DNA of 64,000 nt from an uncultured Clostridia bacterium. GTDB lineage: Bacteria; Bacillota; Clostridia; Oscillospirales; CAG-382. Both the position numbers and the translations under genes were made by a program. Where the stretch lies: contig CALWBE010000026.1 in NCBI GenBank assembly GCA_944375955.1, positions 2,291 to 66,290 of the forward strand. Reading direction: 5' to 3'. How positions within the stretch are numbered: position 1 is the stretch's first letter; each line of letters opens with the position of its first letter. The notes under the pieces were generated by a model. The model was not told the origin of the DNA. It saw only the letters and a list, made by a program, of their open reading frames with translations, and made no database searches. Of this stretch, positions 20,129 to 29,779 are shown one piece after another.

Positions 20129-21919
20129 ATGATGAAAAAAACAGTCAGCCGGAATGAAGCCGGCGGTATTTATGACTATTCCGAAAAGTCTGAAAGAGAA
20201 AAAACCATTGCCGGTCTTATAAGGCTTGCAGAAAAAAGCAAAAGTCCGATAACGGCATACTGGAAGAAAATGAGAAGCTATTATGACGGTGACCATGAAA
20301 TTCGAACTCACAATGCCGCTTTTACTGCCGAACAGGATATACCATGGGAACCCGCACAGGCAACAGACGGATTTATTCACGTTGAAAGCCAGGTAGATAC
20401 AAACGTTCCCGACTTTGAGTTTTCTCCACGCGCATCAAAGGATTATGAGCTTGCAAAACAGCGGGAAAAAATTACGCGTTATATCTGCGATATAGGAAGG
20501 CTTGAACTCAAAAATGCAGTAAATGAACGCCGGCTTAATATTCTCGGTTCCGCGGTATATAAAATTTGCTGGGACAGCGCGGCTTTTGACGGATATCGCA
20601 AGGGAGATATCTCAATAGATACACCTAAACCTGAACAGATTTTTACCGATCCGTGTTCTGCTACTGTCGACGGTTGTGAATATATAGGATATACTTACCG
20701 CCTGCATAAGCAAAAGGCGAAGCGAATATTTGAAAATGATTTTAAAAACTCAGATTCGGATATGTCTGATTATATAAACGCTTATAGATCCGGTTTAAGT
20801 TATTATGAATATACGGGAGAAGAAAGAAATTCATACGGTATGGCGGAAGATACTATAACCGTAACAGAATGGTGGTTCAGGCAGCCGTATGACGGTCAGT
20901 GCACAATAAAATGCAATATCGACGGAAGACAGGTGAACGTATTTTACAAATGGAAAGCAGGAGATATCGCGTTATCTATTCTTCTTGGCGACAAAGAGAT
21001 AAGATATATACCCAAATACTGGAAAAATACCGCCTGCTCAATGTTTCCTTTTGTTATTTACAGCAAGATTCCTAAGGAAGACTGCATATGGGGAAAAAGT
21101 GAGCTTGAAGCTATAATTCCGCTTATTGACGCATCAGACAGAGAACTTGCTTATGCGCAGTTAAACTCGGCTTTTTCATCAAACGATATAATTGTCGCCG
21201 AAGAAAACGCGCTTGCAGATGACGGAGAACTTGACAATTCACCCGGAGCGGTATGGAAATTGCGACCCGGAATGATGGGAAAAATACAAAGACTCGGAAA
21301 CGGCGCATATTCCGAAAACAACCAGTATTCAAACAGTAATTACTGGCGGGATATAATGAAGGATACCACGGGAAATTATGAGCTTAATCAAGGTGTCGAG
21401 CCTACAAGAGTTACGACCGCGTCAGGAATTGCGCTGCTGAATGAACGTGCTAAAAACCGCCAGATGATGAAAAAGGTAATAAAATCGGAAGGCTTCAGGC
21501 GATTATACGAGCTTATTGACCGTACGGCGCTCGAGTATTATGATGACGACCGAATACTTGAAATAGGGGCGGCTGAAAAAGGAGAAAAAATTTACGGATT
21601 TAAAGATTATGCCGAATATCCTGACAGTACCGGCGAAGCTTATATGCCTGTCATAGATGTAAAAATACATATAGGAGACGGAATAGCCAACTCAAAGGCG
21701 TTTACCGTACAGGCTCTGAGTGAACTTATAAAGGTTCCGATAAATGCGGATAATTTCAGGCTTGTTCAAAGTTATGTTGAGTTAGTAGGCTTGCCTATGC
21801 GCGGTCAGATATGCGATGCGCTGGAAAAGAAATACGGACTTGCAGAAGAAAGCTCAGATGTGAAAAGTGATTTTAAATCATTGCTGAATAATGTCTCGGA
21901 GGATAACTATGTACGATGA
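20129..21919 (+). CDS. Phage portal protein (candidate)
   Basis: 596 aa directly after TerL. Size and position are typical of a portal. AAGGAG SD; the second ATG at 20132 is also possible. Confidence 0.7.
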   Translation: MMKKTVSRNEAGGIYDYSEKSEREKTIAGLIRLAEKSKSPITAYWKKMRSYYDGDHEIRTHNAAFTAEQDIPWEPAQATDGFIHVESQVDTNVPDFEFSPRASKDYELAKQREKITRYICDIGRLELKNAVNERRLNILGSAVYKICWDSAAFDGYRKGDISIDTPKPEQIFTDPCSATVDGCEYIGYTYRLHKQKAKRIFENDFKNSDSDMSDYINAYRSGLSYYEYTGEERNSYGMAEDTITVTEWWFRQPYDGQCTIKCNIDGRQVNVFYKWKAGDIALSILLGDKEIRYIPKYWKNTACSMFPFVIYSKIPKEDCIWGKSELEAIIPLIDASDRELAYAQLNSAFSSNDIIVAEENALADDGELDNSPGAVWKLRPGMMGKIQRLGNGAYSENNQYSNSNYWRDIMKDTTGNYELNQGVEPTRVTTASGIALLNERAKNRQMMKKVIKSEGFRRLYELIDRTALEYYDDDRILEIGAAEKGEKIYGFKDYAEYPDSTGEAYMPVIDVKIHIGDGIANSKAFTVQALSELIKVPINADNFRLVQSYVELVGLPMRGQICDALEKKYGLAEESSDVKSDFKSLLNNVSEDNYVR

Positions 21920-22709
21920 AAATATAAATAAAATAGGAGATAAACCAGAAAAGCGAGAAGAAAGACTTTATACAAGCGAAGATCTTGAGAATATTGTTGA
22001 ACAAAGGTTATCCCGTGAGCGGAAAAATAATGAGTCTTATGCAAAAATACGTGAATTAATAGGAATACTGAGGCGTACCGAGCCCTTTAAAAAATTATCT
22101 AACGCGGCTGTAGCGGAAAAAATAGCAATATTGGCACAAAACAGCGCGGAACAAAACAAAGCAATAGCCGAATCTGATATAAAAGCTGCGAATCCCGACG
22201 CGGCAGAGAACAGTATTACGGAAATTGCAAAGGATACTGAGACTTTTAACGCTGACAATACCGGAAAAGGCTTGCCGGGATCAAATTTAAGATCAGACAC
22301 AGAGCCTGCCGACGCTTTGTTGGCGGATAACGAAAAAATACGTAGACTTAATGAAATTGACAGATTTTGTCTTTCTTACGGAAAAAGCGCGCTTGAAAAT
22401 GCTCTTAAAGACCGGGCTTTCAGAGAATTTTGTGCTGGTAAAGACGGCGATATAATGTCTCTTTACGAAAGCTATCAAAATTTTCTTGAAATGCTTTCTT
22501 CAAGTCCGGCAGCAAAAAGATACAGAGCGGCTGAACAAGGGCTTGCTTCCACGGGATTCTCCGGAAACGCCTCGCCGTCGGCGGATTACGGCAGTTTGCT
22601 GACGGAAAATCAAAAACGTATCGCCGCATCTGCCGGAATGTCTTACCGTCAGTATGCCGAATTACTTGAACAGATACCGTCAAAAATGCCGGGGACAAGA
22701 AAGGTTTGA
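21909..22709 (+). CDS. Capsid scaffolding protein (DUF4355-like)
   Basis: YTSEDLENIVEQRLSRERKN is a hallmark of DUF4355 scaffolds. Helical, acidic, low-complexity middle. C-terminal LTENQKRIAASAGMSYRQYAELL. Start set to ATG 21909, 7 nt after GGAGG. Confidence 0.7.
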   Translation: MYDENINKIGDKPEKREERLYTSEDLENIVEQRLSRERKNNESYAKIRELIGILRRTEPFKKLSNAAVAEKIAILAQNSAEQNKAIAESDIKAANPDAAENSITEIAKDTETFNADNTGKGLPGSNLRSDTEPADALLADNEKIRRLNEIDRFCLSYGKSALENALKDRAFREFCAGKDGDIMSLYESYQNFLEMLSSSPAAKRYRAAEQGLASTGFSGNASPSADYGSLLTENQKRIAASAGMSYRQYAELLEQIPSKMPGTRKV

Positions 22710-22825
22710 TACCGAAAATAACCAAAAGCGCATTTAAAATGAGACTCTGAATCAAATATTCCGAGTTTTTTAATAAACACGGGCTTGTCTGCAGCAAAAT
22801 ACAAATTAAAATAAGGAGAAAAAAT

Positions 22826-23470
22826 ATGGATTATTTTATGAATTCCGCAGGGATAAGTGTTCCCTGCATAAGAGAATATGAAATTGAAACCGATGAGAAT
22901 CTGAAAAAAGGAACAATTATGACACTATCTTCCGGAGCAGCGGCAAAAGCTTCCGGAAGCGACACGGTTTTAGGTATTCTTGCAGAAGATTATAATACCG
23001 AAAAAGATCAGCTTAATCCAAGAAGCGGAAGCGGCAGAGCAAGAATTATTGTGTCGCCCGGCACTATATGCCGTCAGCCATTATATGAAACCGTTGCTGA
23101 AGAAAACGCAACTGCAACTTCTTTAAAAATAAACGGTCATACAGTTCCGTCAGAAGCAAATTTGTTTAAAGGCGGATATATTAAGCTTGTTTATAAATCG
23201 GATACTTCTGAAAATGCGGATTTTGTGGGAAAAACTCGCAAAATTACAGCTTCATCCAGCGATACTCTTACCGTTGAATCAGGAGGTATTCCAAACACTG
23301 GAGATATATATGCCATTCTCCCGCCTGCCGGTTTTTCATATATTGCTCTTGCGTCTGACGGAACAAGCTTTGATCTTTCGTCTTCAAAAAGCAGTGTTGC
23401 TCAGATTGTTTCATGTATGCCTGAAAATGATTACTGTGAAATCGGTTTTTTAAAGACTTTCTTTAACTGA
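22826..23470 (+). CDS. Hypothetical virion protein (between scaffold and capsid genes; possible decoration protein)
   Basis: 214-aa ORF with SD AAGGAG. No recognisable motif. Confidence 0.5.
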   Translation: MDYFMNSAGISVPCIREYEIETDENLKKGTIMTLSSGAAAKASGSDTVLGILAEDYNTEKDQLNPRSGSGRARIIVSPGTICRQPLYETVAEENATATSLKINGHTVPSEANLFKGGYIKLVYKSDTSENADFVGKTRKITASSSDTLTVESGGIPNTGDIYAILPPAGFSYIALASDGTSFDLSSSKSSVAQIVSCMPENDYCEIGFLKTFFN

Positions 23471-23516
23471 TACGGTACCGCATTTTCAGATCTATATAAT
23501 AAAGGAGAATTAAATA

Positions 23517-24434
23517 ATGAACGATATCTATACATGGCCCCAGGATTTATATCCGCTTGTAAAAAAAAGATTTGATTTAAGATATGCCGACAGGATGGAT
23601 GTGATATCCAATCTTGCGGAGGTTATAACTCAGGACTCGGTAGATTACAGATTTGAAGGAGTAGGAGGATACGGGGAAATTCCTGTATATGACGGCTCTA
23701 ATATAGCCGAAGCTGATCAGAAAAGGGCATTTATTACTACAATCACGCCGAAAGAACATGCTTTAAAAGTAACTATGTCATATAAAAAGACAAAGATCGA
23801 TCAGTCAAAAGAATCCGAAAAGGTCGGAACAAGACTTGCAGATTCCGCTTATATGACGGTATTAAATGAATTTTACCGCCTTTTCGGCAATGCGTTCGAG
23901 ACTGTCGGTTCTGACGGTGTAGCTTGGGCGTCTGATCAGCATAAGATAAATTCTGAGACTGACGAAACTTTTTCCAATGTTATTCACAGCGCACTTTCTG
24001 TATCCGCAATAACTTCAGCTCAGACCAAAGCTTCTGCTTTCGTTACACCTGACGGGCTGCCTTTTGCGGGAAATTTTGATCTGCTTCTTGTAAGTCCTGA
24101 ACTTGAACCGAAAGCTAAGGAAATATGCGGTCCAAATTCAAGATTGATACCCGAAAATAATCCTGATGCCGATGCGCCGAGAAATGCCGCAAACCCCATT
24201 TACGGCATGAAGTATCTTGTTGTCGGCGGAGGCGGAATAGGTCTTGCCGGCAAAAAATGGGCGATAGCCGATTCAATGCTTATGCCGGAGATTCTTAAGC
24301 TTATATATATTACCGAACCTACCGTGCTTGTGGCAAATCAGTCAAATCCCTTGCTTACAGACTATATAGGATATGTTGATTTCGGATTCGGATTCGGAGA
24401 TGCAAGACCTATAATCTTCTCTGATCCGGCATAA
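23517..24434 (+). CDS. Major capsid protein (candidate)
   Basis: 305 aa after the scaffold gene, with SD AAAGGAG. Size and position fit a capsid protein. A strong hairpin follows the next small ORF. Confidence 0.6.
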   Translation: MNDIYTWPQDLYPLVKKRFDLRYADRMDVISNLAEVITQDSVDYRFEGVGGYGEIPVYDGSNIAEADQKRAFITTITPKEHALKVTMSYKKTKIDQSKESEKVGTRLADSAYMTVLNEFYRLFGNAFETVGSDGVAWASDQHKINSETDETFSNVIHSALSVSAITSAQTKASAFVTPDGLPFAGNFDLLLVSPELEPKAKEICGPNSRLIPENNPDADAPRNAANPIYGMKYLVVGGGGIGLAGKKWAIADSMLMPEILKLIYITEPTVLVANQSNPLLTDYIGYVDFGFGFGDARPIIFSDPA

Positions 24435-24450
24435 CGGGAGGAATATATAA

Positions 24451-24723
24451 ATGTATGTAACAAGTCAGCCAGGCAGAATTACTGCCGCGAGAACTTATAA
24501 TATTCCGTCAAAAAACGAACTTCGTATCGGGGGCGACGGCATTGAATGCCGTGTGCGCATCGGCGGTGAAGGAATAATACTTATGGCGTCCGGAAAAGAA
24601 GACATTTCTTTAGGATATGAAGCTAAAAACGGAGAAACATTTGATTTTTCCGGAGAAGCGGTATTTTATAACGACGCGACATATGAAATTCCGGTTTCGG
24701 TTATAACGATGGATTTTATGTAA
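24451..24723 (+). CDS. Hypothetical 90-aa protein of the capsid module
   Basis: ORF with SD GGGAGG, tightly coupled to the capsid gene. Confidence 0.5.
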   Translation: MYVTSQPGRITAARTYNIPSKNELRIGGDGIECRVRIGGEGIILMASGKEDISLGYEAKNGETFDFSGEAVFYNDATYEIPVSVITMDFM

Positions 24724-24740
24724 TAAAGCAAACTTGCTTT

Positions 24741-24768
24741 CGGCGGGGAAAGCTATTTTCCCCCGCCG
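24741..24768 (+). terminator. GC-rich hairpin after the capsid gene pair (possible attenuating terminator)
   Basis: CGGCGGGGAAAG / TTTTCCCCCGCCG stem with one bulge. Only a weak T tail (GTTCGTATTG). Confidence 0.35.
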
Positions 24769-24835
24769 TTCGTATTGAAAAATTTGATATTTTAAAGGCC
24801 TGTACAGGCAGTTTAAAAATACAAAGGAGAAAAAA

Positions 24836-25804
24836 ATGAACAAAAGCGTCTATACTCTCGGACGGCTTAAATCCGAAGTTTTTCGCGCGCTTGACGAATA
24901 CAGTTCAAACGGACTGGGACATGAAATTTTTTCGGGTGGAACCGGAGATATTGACAAAAGATTTATCCCTGCATTAAATTCTGCGATAAGGCTTATTTTT
25001 CTTTCAAGCGCAAGACAGGAAAAAACATGTTTAGTAGCTTTACAAAAACCTGAAAAACTAATGGCAATATGTGATTTTTCTGTTGCCGGAAATGAAAAAA
25101 GAAAAATTATGCTGCCTCTTAATTCCGGCGCGGTAAGCTTTGATTTTAGCGGGAACGGATCGTTTTTTATTCTTGATTCCGGCGAAGGCATCATTTCGGA
25201 ACATAAGCTATCTACAGAATACGGCAATATAGAAAACTGTAAAAAAATAATTCAGTCAAATGCCGTTTGTATTGAATTTACAGCTTCTTCCGAAGAATTT
25301 TTATCTGTATCCGGCTTATATTCATATAATATTTCGTCGGTCCGCGGCTGCCTTGAGGAAAAATTTTTGCCGGACGGAAAAAGAGTTTTCTGTGCTTTTC
25401 CGCCAAGATGTGCTGAAATATGCTCTGTAAGCACCGAAAAACGTGGAAGAAGAATACCTTGTCCTTCGGATATTTTTAATTTTTCTGAAGGCTTGCTTTC
25501 CTGCGAGGAAAAATACTCTGGTAATTATAATATAACTTACTGTGAATATCCTGAGGAAATCCCTGAAAATGCTTCTCCGGATACAGAGCTTTCTTTATCT
25601 CCGGCAGCTTTCGGCGCCGCAGTATATGCCGTTGCCGCAGAACTATGCGCAAGAGAGGACGGCGAAATGTATTCAAGATTGACTTATAAATACAGGGAAA
25701 TGCTTGCAAATACGTATCCCGTAGAGAATTATAGTTTAAAAAACAGCTTTTTTGCGGGCGGCCTTTTCGGCAGAAGAAAAAAAGGACGGAATTTTTTCAG
25801 ATGA
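24836..25804 (+). CDS. Hypothetical virion protein (322 aa)
   Basis: ORF with SD AAAGGAG. No recognisable motif. Confidence 0.55.
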   Translation: MNKSVYTLGRLKSEVFRALDEYSSNGLGHEIFSGGTGDIDKRFIPALNSAIRLIFLSSARQEKTCLVALQKPEKLMAICDFSVAGNEKRKIMLPLNSGAVSFDFSGNGSFFILDSGEGIISEHKLSTEYGNIENCKKIIQSNAVCIEFTASSEEFLSVSGLYSYNISSVRGCLEEKFLPDGKRVFCAFPPRCAEICSVSTEKRGRRIPCPSDIFNFSEGLLSCEEKYSGNYNITYCEYPEEIPENASPDTELSLSPAAFGAAVYAVAAELCAREDGEMYSRLTYKYREMLANTYPVENYSLKNSFFAGGLFGRRKKGRNFFR

Positions 25805-25928
25805 TATTAAAAAAAATATATATAATACTGTTGTTGTCTGTTGGGAAAATGTCGGTTTTTATCCGGACTTCAAAAGCTGTTTTAGGTGTGTTTTATAATA
25901 TTTGCGGCTGCATAAGGAGGAAAAATAT

Positions 25929-27782
25929 ATGGCATATAATCCCGTAAACCATGCTGATATAAGCTCGTATAGAAATTATATGTTTACAGTAAGCGAACTG
26001 TCCGGAGGATATAATGCAGCCGGAAAAGTTGCGGCAGATAATCAGGTATCGCAAATTGAAAATATGTATTTTCAGGACGGCAATATCATATCAAGGGGCG
26101 GATTAAGCCGAGTCGGGGAAAAGATTACAGGAACTTTTCACAGCATTTTGCGTGAAGAATTTTGCGGCAGTATTCTTTTTCATTGCGGGACCGCCATATA
26201 TCGATTTGACGGAGAGGCGGCTGAATCCGTGAAGACACAGATACCGGACGAATCAAGTTTATTTCTGCGTATGAACGGAAAAGTATATTTATATTTAAAA
26301 AGCGGCAAAATATATGAGATAGAAAACGATTTTTCATGTATCGAAAAAGAGGCATATGTTCCTTTAATAATAGAAAATGCAAATCAGGCGCTTTCCTCAT
26401 ATGATGTCTGCGAACCTTTAAATATGATGACAAGAAGAGTAAAATGCAGCTTTAATATTGTGGATGGAATAGCTTCAAAAATGTACAACGTTCCGTATGA
26501 TATCGATGAGAATTATCCGATAAACATATATATGGACGGAGAAGAAGTCGACGTATGCTATGCTTCAAGAACCGATAAAAAGCGAATAATCGTAAACGGA
26601 AACGATACAGGTTTGGATATGGGCGACGAAATCACATTTGAATATACCATAAAAGACGAAGATGACAATTTTGACGAATATTTTGCAAAAATATTCGGTT
26701 GTACCGCGGCGTTTACTTACGGAGGAACTTCCAAAGACGGAACACGTGCGTTTTTTACAAGCAATGATGATTATCCGGGCATGTATTTTAGAAGCGAGCT
26801 TAAAAATCCTTTGTATTTTCCGGACACGGGATCTGATACGCTTGGCGACGGGAGCGAAAAGGTGACCGGCGCGGAAAAACGATATGAAAAGATGTATTTT
26901 TTTACAGAAAAACATGTATATGCTATGTCATATGAATTTTCAGCTGATAACGGAGCCTCATTCGATGTTGTACAGGTTAACACCGGTATCGGTTGCAATA
27001 TGAAAAACACAGTGCAGGCGGTAGACAATACACTTGTTTTTGGAAATTACGAATCGGGAATATATCTGCTTCAGTCAACCGAAATATTTGAAGAATTAAA
27101 CGTAAGACATATATCTGTCAATCTTAACGGCAAAAACGGCGGCGGGTTTTTTAATGAAGCCGGAGCCGTATATTCATCATGCGATATTGACAGAAAATAT
27201 TTTTTGTTTGACGGAAATTTGCTTTATATGTGGGACTATGGCAGAACACCTTATTATGAAAACGGTGATTTAAGAAAAGCAGAAGAAAGACTGGCATGGT
27301 ATATTTTTTCGGGTTTTGACGGATGTATAAGTCTTTTTTCGCTTAAAAACAAGCTTTATTTTTTAAGAGGTTCTGATGAAACAGAAATAATGTTGTATAA
27401 TTCCGCAATCGCAGAAGATACTGAATTTGATGATGAAGGAAATACGGTCAATGTTTCTGTAAAAAGCTGTTTTATGACAAAAAATTACAATTTCGGCGAT
27501 TCATATTCAGGAGTGAGGAAAAGGCTTCTTTATTTTGCATTTGACTATGAGTTTTTTGAAAACTTAAAGGCAGATATTACTATAAACTTTTACGGGGACG
27601 GGGAAAAATTTTATACATTTCATCCGGAACTACCGCTGAGATCAGGTAGAATAAAGCTTAGATTGCCGCCATATTATGCACGTTCGTTTGCAGTGGAATT
27701 TTCTTTTATATCAGGCAGAACCGGTATTTCAGAGCTTGCGTTTTACTGGCAGCCTTCCGAGCGGATAAAAGACAATATGTGA
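25929..27782 (+). CDS. Hypothetical large virion protein (617 aa; possible tail/nozzle component)
   Basis: ORF 25902..27782. Start set to ATG 25929, 8 nt after AAGGAGG. Composition is beta-rich. Confidence 0.6.
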   Translation: MAYNPVNHADISSYRNYMFTVSELSGGYNAAGKVAADNQVSQIENMYFQDGNIISRGGLSRVGEKITGTFHSILREEFCGSILFHCGTAIYRFDGEAAESVKTQIPDESSLFLRMNGKVYLYLKSGKIYEIENDFSCIEKEAYVPLIIENANQALSSYDVCEPLNMMTRRVKCSFNIVDGIASKMYNVPYDIDENYPINIYMDGEEVDVCYASRTDKKRIIVNGNDTGLDMGDEITFEYTIKDEDDNFDEYFAKIFGCTAAFTYGGTSKDGTRAFFTSNDDYPGMYFRSELKNPLYFPDTGSDTLGDGSEKVTGAEKRYEKMYFFTEKHVYAMSYEFSADNGASFDVVQVNTGIGCNMKNTVQAVDNTLVFGNYESGIYLLQSTEIFEELNVRHISVNLNGKNGGGFFNEAGAVYSSCDIDRKYFLFDGNLLYMWDYGRTPYYENGDLRKAEERLAWYIFSGFDGCISLFSLKNKLYFLRGSDETEIMLYNSAIAEDTEFDDEGNTVNVSVKSCFMTKNYNFGDSYSGVRKRLLYFAFDYEFFENLKADITINFYGDGEKFYTFHPELPLRSGRIKLRLPPYYARSFAVEFSFISGRTGISELAFYWQPSERIKDNM

Positions 27783-27809
27783 TCAAAAGAGAAAGGAATT
27801 TATAAATAT

Positions 27810-29162
27810 ATGGCTACAAAATGGAAATATGCGACGGTTCCTGCGGCACAGAGACTTGATATGCTCAGAAGCGGAAATGATGAGCTTTACAAAGAGGAAA
27901 TCGCCCGTACCAAGGATGCAATAAGCAATAGACTTGCCGCGGGTCTTGATGTAGACGAGCAGATGAAGTGGGCGGATTCAGTAGCATATCAGTATAATCT
28001 TTCAAAAGCGGCGGATATGGGTATAGATGAAAAAAACGTAGCAAAAACTGGCTATGCGCAAAGACTTTTCGGAGATATGACGGAAAGTGTAACAAAAGAT
28101 AAAGTATCTTCCGTGTCAGCACCTCAGAAGCTAACAAGCAGTAAATATTACGAGGATTATACGGGATATGACAGAGACAGTCTTGCCAAATCGGTTATTG
28201 ATTCTTATGTAAGCGGAATAAATAAACGCGCCGCAAGCCTTAATCAGGCATATAAGAACTATGCCGATAAAATTTCAGAGGAATATGATAAAAAAATTGC
28301 GGAACTTCAACAGCAGTACAGAAAAGATGAAAAACTGTACAGGGAAGCGCGTATAAATGACGGAACGTCAGAATACAGCGGAAGAACGATGACCGATCAG
28401 TTAAAAAGCCGAGAGCAGCTGCTTGATATGATAACACAATTAAGAAATGAAAAAGATTCATATCTTAGCGCAGCACAGGAATCTCTGAGAGAACAGCTTT
28501 ACTCGCTGAGCGGCGATGCGATGCAGTCGGCGGCGGATGAATATTACAGATATAATGCGCTGCTTTCCGACGAAAAAGAGGCGGAATATCAAAAACAGCG
28601 TGACGCAGCCGAAGATGATAAATGGTGGCAGAATTTCTCATTTGAAAAGCAACAGGCTGACATTGCCGCAGCTGAAAGAGCTGACGAACGCGCCGCTGCT
28701 CAAATTAAGGCTGAAAACGATCTCCGTATTGCGGAAGCAGAGCTTGCTCTTGCGAAAAGCGAAAATGACAGGGATTATGAAAAATGGCTTAAGGAATTTG
28801 AGGCTGACATAAAATATCAGAATTCAAAACTTAACTCGGAAACGGCTTTGAATAACGCAAAGCTTGCACTTGACCGCGAAAAATTTGAATATGAAAAATC
28901 GTCGGATGAAAGAGAAAATTCAGATATTTCCGCATATTTGCCTGAAAGTACAGTACAGGAAATAAAATATGGAAATTCATATAAGGCATATCTTGATTTG
29001 GCAAAAAAAGTTTCTTCTATGGTTGTATTTAATGAAAAAAGTAACGGATATGTTAAAAAATATTCTGATGAACAAATACTAAGCTTAATTAAAACATTTA
29101 ATATCAGCGTTGAGGAAAAAGAATCCATTTGCAAAGAAATCGGTATAAAATACATAGGATAA
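27810..29162 (+). CDS. Coiled-coil K/E/A-rich protein (450 aa; possible internal/ejection protein)
   Basis: Long helical heptad-like stretches (AAERADERAAAQIKAENDLRIAEAELALAKSEND). Last ORF of the tight cluster. Confidence 0.6.
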   Translation: MATKWKYATVPAAQRLDMLRSGNDELYKEEIARTKDAISNRLAAGLDVDEQMKWADSVAYQYNLSKAADMGIDEKNVAKTGYAQRLFGDMTESVTKDKVSSVSAPQKLTSSKYYEDYTGYDRDSLAKSVIDSYVSGINKRAASLNQAYKNYADKISEEYDKKIAELQQQYRKDEKLYREARINDGTSEYSGRTMTDQLKSREQLLDMITQLRNEKDSYLSAAQESLREQLYSLSGDAMQSAADEYYRYNALLSDEKEAEYQKQRDAAEDDKWWQNFSFEKQQADIAAAERADERAAAQIKAENDLRIAEAELALAKSENDRDYEKWLKEFEADIKYQNSKLNSETALNNAKLALDREKFEYEKSSDERENSDISAYLPESTVQEIKYGNSYKAYLDLAKKVSSMVVFNEKSNGYVKKYSDEQILSLIKTFNISVEEKESICKEIGIKYIG

Positions 29163-29247
29163 GTATAATTTCCGGTATATTTAAAATGTTGTGGGACACA
29201 ATAATGTACGGGTATCTGCATATATTTTTGAAAGGACCATATGCAAA

Positions 29248-29556
29248 ATGAGCATAAAAAATAAAAAAACGCTTCTTGCCGCACTTTTAATACTGACGGT
29301 GACCGGTTCTTTTTGCAGCTGCACCAGAGACGATAATAATAAAGACGATGCAAACAGCGTAAATAATGACATGACCGATGACAACAAAGATATTACTGAT
29401 AAAAATAACAACAACGATAATGAAAATGATATGAATGACAATATCAATGATAATGATGTCAACGGAACAAATGACAATAATGCCAACACGGACAGCAATA
29501 TGTCCGCTGGAAGTATCAACAATCCGTCCCCTGACTCTGCCAACATTATGCCGTAA
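29248..29556 (+). CDS. Small secreted/lipoprotein-like protein with an Asn/Asp-rich low-complexity tail
   Basis: ORF 29191..29556. Start set to MSIKNKKTLLAALLILTVTGSFCSC (signal peptide with Cys). The rest is about 70% N/D/T/S. Confidence 0.5.
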   Translation: MSIKNKKTLLAALLILTVTGSFCSCTRDDNNKDDANSVNNDMTDDNKDITDKNNNNDNENDMNDNINDNDVNGTNDNNANTDSNMSAGSINNPSPDSANIMP

Positions 29557-29583
29557 CTTACTGGGTTAATTTTCAGAAATACA

Positions 29584-29618
29584 AAAGGAAAGGCAATTTA
29601 ATTGTCCTTCCTTTTTTT
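29584..29618 (+). terminator. Intrinsic terminator
   Basis: Stem AAAGGAAAGGCAAT / ATTGTCCTTCCTTT (one mismatch, one G-U), 3-nt loop. The T run of the 3' arm extends to 29618. Confidence 0.55.
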
Positions 29619-29779
29619 ATGTGAAAAATCAACAAAAATTACAAAACAAATTCAAACAACATGACGAAAGCAAATTTTTTGATTTTATTGAAATAATTCC
29701 TTGTTTATGGTATAGTTGCTATGTAAGGAGTATTTTGCTCTTTTCACTAAAACTATAATTTTGAAAGGAATATTTTATT

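Larger units (their letters stand above)
17935..29162 (+). mobile_element. Phage-derived capsid/DNA-packaging gene cluster (structural genes only; no integrase, lysogeny, replication or lysis genes seen)
   Basis: Eleven co-directional ORFs with strong SD sites. TerS, TerL, portal, scaffold and capsid are recognisable. Flanked directly by host genes. Confidence 0.6.

Noticed and set aside
28817-29546. ORFs 28817..29353 (-) and 29181..29546 (-)
   Set aside because: They are antisense to the coiled-coil gene and the N/D-rich gene. The Leu/Ser-rich translation is the mirror image of the K/E and N/D repeats.
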